DNA of 60,875 nt from Clostridia bacterium (GTDB lineage: Bacteria; Bacillota; Clostridia; Oscillospirales; CAG-382), in assembly GCA_017629175.1 (NCBI GenBank), contig JAGBXS010000003.1, positions 1-60,875 of the forward strand, in the 5' to 3' direction. A model generated the notes under the pieces. It saw only the letters and a program-made list of their open reading frames with translations, ran no database searches and had not been told where the DNA came from. Of this stretch, positions 57,511 to 60,875 are shown piece by piece. The position numbers were made by a program, and so were the translations under genes. How positions within the stretch are numbered: position 1 is the stretch's first letter; each line of letters begins with the position of its first letter.

Positions 57511-57537
57511 AAAAGAGACCTTTCGAAGGTCTCTTTT
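57511..57537. terminator. bidirectional terminator
   Basis: AAAAGAGACCTTTCGAAGGTCTCTTTT, between convergent genes. Confidence 0.8.
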
Positions 57538-57541
57538 GTTG

Positions 57542-59767
57542 TTACTTTTCCAACACCTCCGCGGCTTGTTGCAACACACGGGCGGGGTGTTCTTTGTTTG
57601 CCGTGGGGATGAGAGGGCGGGCTTCGAAGGCGGTTTGGTTTGCCTTGCAGAAGGATACCAGGGCTTCTTTGTCGTACTTCCCTGCCTTCAGCTGTTCCGT
57701 TAGTCTTTCCACCTCCGGGAGGTACAGCTCCAACACGCACTCCGTTACCGCACTGCGGCAATACAAGTTGTCGCAATTCCGTTTTAAGGTGGGGGTGAAG
57801 TTGGGGTTCACGGGAGCGGTTTCGTTGAGGGCGCGGAGGGTAGCAAACAGAGAATACTCTTGGTTGGATGCCAAGAAGTCCCCGTAGAGCGCCAGCAGGC
57901 GAAGAAGCTTTTCCGCCGTTTCCTTTACCTCTTCCCCATGACTGTACTGCCTGCAAAGGGTCAAGGTCAGCCCGTTGAGGTAACGGGTGAGGATAGTACG
58001 GGCAAGGTCGTAAAGATCCCGGGTCTCCCGGTCATCCTCCTGCCCCAACAGCAGGGCAATGCGGCGGAGAGATTCCGCGGCGTTGTAGCGGTGGGTCTCC
58101 AAGGGAAGCAAATAATCATCGTAAAGGGGATCATCCTGCCCAAAATCCAAGGTGTATACGGCACGGCAGAAGATATCCGTCTCTGCCCAAGGGGTGACGG
58201 CCTCGTACTTGCTCCAGGACATGAGTTTTGCCAAGGGAAGCACCTTCTCCCAAAGGGCAAGCAGCTCTTCCCTATGGGTGTAACGGGCTGTGCAGAAGGC
58301 TTTCAACTGCTCTTCCACAGGCTGTTCCGACACCTCCCAGGCGTTTTGGGCGAAGAACTCCGTCATAAAGGGATCGCCGTGGGAGACTTCCGGCCAGAAT
58401 ACCATTCCCTTGCAGAAGGGATCTTTTTTGGCGTGCTGTAACCTGCCTATGAGCATGGGGTAATCTCCCCGTACCTCCCCTGAGGGCTCATAGGCGTGGA
58501 AGATGCCGAAGATCCAGGGGAAGCTCCCCTCCACGCTCCAGGTGCGGTAATTGCTTTTTCTTGCGGAGTCGGCGGTGTAATCCAACAGCACCACCTGCTC
58601 CTTGTCCAGCTGGGCAAGAAGGGCTTTGACCTCCTCGGGGGTGTAGAACATCCACAGATCCCAGCTTGCCAAAAGAAGCTTGGAGCCGGGGTATTGCTCC
58701 CGCAGGCGGCGGCAGATGAGGCGGTAGGTCAACAGCTTTAAGCGGAGATTTTCTTCTCTGTCCTGGGAAAAAGCACGTTCCGCCAGCCCGATGGTGTGGA
58801 ACAGCCCGCTCTGCCCGTATTCGTGAACGTGGGTGTCCGTGAGACGGAAGTAAAGGTCTAAGTTTTCTTCCTCCCGAATGTCCCAAACCAGCCCCGTGCT
58901 TTCCGCGTAGTTGGTGCCTGCAGGCTGGGAAAGCAGGGAGGGGCGCATCTTCTGTAAGAAATCCTCGGGGGTGCGGGAATACCAATGGGTCATGGTGCCG
59001 CAATCCTCGGGGAGAAGCAGGTCACGATCCTTGGCGTATTGCAGGATCTGCTTCCGCAGGTCGCCGCGGAAGCGAAGATCCCAGAACAGGGTGCGGTCAT
59101 TAAAGCCGTCCCCCGTAAAGGGCAGGGACTCCTTGGCAGAGGGGTAGTCTACCATCCCCGGGAAGGCTTTTTGGAACAGATCGTCCTGCCCGATGCGCAG
59201 CATCAGCAGGTTCAGCCGCTTTTTCACCAGCCAGTCGATCTCTTTCTGCCAGTCCTCGGCGTTCCAGTGCTCCGCCTGGAAGCGGTGAAGCCCCCGGTGG
59301 GCGAAGTAGCGGGTGCCCCGGTAGAGAAACTTGGTGGTTTCTGTCAGGCGGATGTCCTCCATGGGCAGGGAGTCTGCGGCAGGAAGCTTATCTCCGTCCC
59401 AAAACCACTTACAATTTAAGTATACTTCAAAATATCGATACACCGCGTAGAGGGTGCTTCTTCCCCGTCCGCCCCACAACAGCAGGGAGTTATGCCCTCT
59501 GAGGGTGGCGGAAAGGACGGCGTACCCTTCCCCGCCGCAGGGAATGGGGATCATCTCTTTGTATTCTCTTGCCAGCAGGTTCACGTCGTCCCCGCCGATG
59601 ACCACCAGCTGTAAGGACGGATGGGCGGGCAGGGCCTCTTTTGCCGCTACGTCGGTGACGATGCCGGGGCGTTCCCCGGTGATCTTGTGGCACAGGGCGC
59701 AGAACTCCTCTGCCGCGATGGTATATGCCTTGTGGGCGTTATGGGGGCGTACGATGAGAAGGCTCAT
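57542..59767 (-). CDS. alpha-N-acetylglucosaminidase-like (GH89-like) protein, no signal peptide
   Basis: 741 aa. By-eye resemblance to NAGLU architecture: W..EDWQKEIDWLVKKRLNLLMLRIG against human WEREIDWMALNGINLALA, a downstream TIM-barrel-like region, and a helical C-terminus. Confidence 0.45.
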   Translation of the reverse strand: MSLLIVRPHNAHKAYTIAAEEFCALCHKITGERPGIVTDVAAKEALPAHPSLQLVVIGGDDVNLLAREYKEMIPIPCGGEGYAVLSATLRGHNSLLLWGGRGRSTLYAVYRYFEVYLNCKWFWDGDKLPAADSLPMEDIRLTETTKFLYRGTRYFAHRGLHRFQAEHWNAEDWQKEIDWLVKKRLNLLMLRIGQDDLFQKAFPGMVDYPSAKESLPFTGDGFNDRTLFWDLRFRGDLRKQILQYAKDRDLLLPEDCGTMTHWYSRTPEDFLQKMRPSLLSQPAGTNYAESTGLVWDIREEENLDLYFRLTDTHVHEYGQSGLFHTIGLAERAFSQDREENLRLKLLTYRLICRRLREQYPGSKLLLASWDLWMFYTPEEVKALLAQLDKEQVVLLDYTADSARKSNYRTWSVEGSFPWIFGIFHAYEPSGEVRGDYPMLIGRLQHAKKDPFCKGMVFWPEVSHGDPFMTEFFAQNAWEVSEQPVEEQLKAFCTARYTHREELLALWEKVLPLAKLMSWSKYEAVTPWAETDIFCRAVYTLDFGQDDPLYDDYLLPLETHRYNAAESLRRIALLLGQEDDRETRDLYDLARTILTRYLNGLTLTLCRQYSHGEEVKETAEKLLRLLALYGDFLASNQEYSLFATLRALNETAPVNPNFTPTLKRNCDNLYCRSAVTECVLELYLPEVERLTEQLKAGKYDKEALVSFCKANQTAFEARPLIPTANKEHPARVLQQAAEVLEK

Positions 59768-59791
59768 GGGTTTTCCCCTTTCCGAATGGCT

Positions 59792-60793
59792 TTATAGAAG
59801 AGTGTCCAGCGCGGTGGCTACGCGGGAGGCCAAAAGGGTCTTGGTGGGCGGGTGGATCTGGTCTTTCTCGCAGATGTCCGCGCAGGGAATGGTGGTGACG
59901 TGGGGGATGGTCTCCCCTGCTTGCATTTGGGCGCTTTGAACGGCTTTCCAGCCCACCTGCTCTCTGCTGTCGCAGTCTGCAAGGCAGATCACCGCGATGG
60001 GAAGGTCGGGCTGTCGGAAGCCCTTACGGAAGGCTTCGATGAGCAGGGAAAGCTCCTGCAGGTATACCGCTCCCTCCTGCGGGGTGGCGTCGCTTTCTCC
60101 TTGGTACCAAACCACGGCGGAGACGGCAAAGGGGAAAACCTGGGAGAGGGCGTAGTCGTACAGTACCCCTTCCCCGTTCCAGGGGGAAAACTCATGGTAG
60201 AAATGGTCGCCGTGGAGGGTTTCGGCAGGCTGGGAGATGCCATTTTCACCCAGGATGCCCTTGGGAAGCCAGCTTTCAATGACGGAAGCTCCCTGATAAG
60301 CGGCGAGGATGCCCACGGGGGTGTCGTGACTGCGGGCCCGTTCTTTGCCGATGAGGTAGCCCAGGGCGGTCCAATCCCCTACGTTGTCCTTTTCTGCGAT
60401 CACCCAGCCGTCCTCGGGGGTGAAGCGGTCGGACTTCTCTATGCGATGGGTGGAGAACAACCGCAGGCGGGGCTCGGATTCATAAAGCTCCTTCGGTGTG
60501 TTGGACTCGTTGAGCTTGAACTGCATATTGGATTGCCCTGCCATCAGGTACACTTCCCCCACGTACACGTCAGAGAGGGTGACGGGGGTGTCGTTCAGCA
60601 GGATCTCTGCGGTGTAAGGGCCGCCTTTTTCCATGGGAGGGAACTCCAAAAGCCAAAAATCTCCGTGGCTTTCTACGGTGCGGGTCTCCCCTGCAAAGGT
60701 GATCTCTGCCCTGCCCTCTCCCTCGCCGTAAATGCGGATGGGCTGATGGGCGGCAAAAACCATGTGGGAATGGAAAATCGGGTTCAGTTTCAT
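59792..60793 (-). CDS. sialate O-acetylesterase-like (SGNH/DUF303) carbohydrate esterase
   Basis: LMAGQSNMQF nucleophile motif and VVWYQGESD. 333 aa, no signal peptide. Confidence 0.7.
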   Translation of the reverse strand: MKLNPIFHSHMVFAAHQPIRIYGEGEGRAEITFAGETRTVESHGDFWLLEFPPMEKGGPYTAEILLNDTPVTLSDVYVGEVYLMAGQSNMQFKLNESNTPKELYESEPRLRLFSTHRIEKSDRFTPEDGWVIAEKDNVGDWTALGYLIGKERARSHDTPVGILAAYQGASVIESWLPKGILGENGISQPAETLHGDHFYHEFSPWNGEGVLYDYALSQVFPFAVSAVVWYQGESDATPQEGAVYLQELSLLIEAFRKGFRQPDLPIAVICLADCDSREQVGWKAVQSAQMQAGETIPHVTTIPCADICEKDQIHPPTKTLLASRVATALDTLL

Positions 60794-60875
60794 AAGCGTG
60801 ACCTGCCTTTTTTCGTTTCGTTGTACTTAGTGTAGCATAAAAGAAAGGGATTTGCAAGAGTATCGGGCGCAAAAC

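Overview
High-GC (about 58-60% by spot counts of 60-nt lines) Firmicutes/Clostridia-type chromosomal segment; the taxonomy is inference only. It starts at rpoC/rpoB on the minus strand at the left edge. It then crosses a long block of housekeeping and sporulation-associated genes: murI, DnaD/DnaI-like loaders, rnhA, mnmA, murF-ddl, gpmI, scpAB, ytfIJ-like, aroQ, nusB, xseA and hslO. Next comes the replication-origin region dnaA-oriC-dnaN-recF-remB-like-gyrB-gyrA. The right end holds an SPFH protein, a flavoprotein, a CarD-like protein, an ECF sigma/anti-sigma/lipoprotein operon and two glycan-degrading enzymes. There is one tRNA-Ala(GGC). I found no CRISPR array, transposase, integrase, phage module or recognisable defence or toxin-antitoxin system, and I cannot point to a convincing multi-gene novel system. 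The unusual signals are mostly non-coding. (i) There are at least four families of hairpin-forming intergenic repeats with compensatory stem substitutions. Two form 89-90 bp tandem arrays, one brackets recF in inverted orientation, and one sits inside the dnaA-dnaN origin spacer. (ii) The oriC has a DnaA-box cluster followed by a perfect (CTA)5 DnaA-trio-like tract. (iii) There are two low-GC insertions: a 2-gene islet next to tRNA-Ala, and a 1-gene cassette bounded by a 29-bp duplication of a gene 3' end. A third, scar-like duplication copies another gene's tail. (iv) A few proteins are odd: a PBP5-like protein without catalytic motifs, a MurF-like ligase with a polytopic membrane N-terminus, SecG with an S/T/E-rich tail, and an orphan SecB-like protein. 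All functional calls come from by-eye motif recognition; no database search was run. Many ORF-track starts were trimmed to internal ATGs that have a Shine-Dalgarno sequence.
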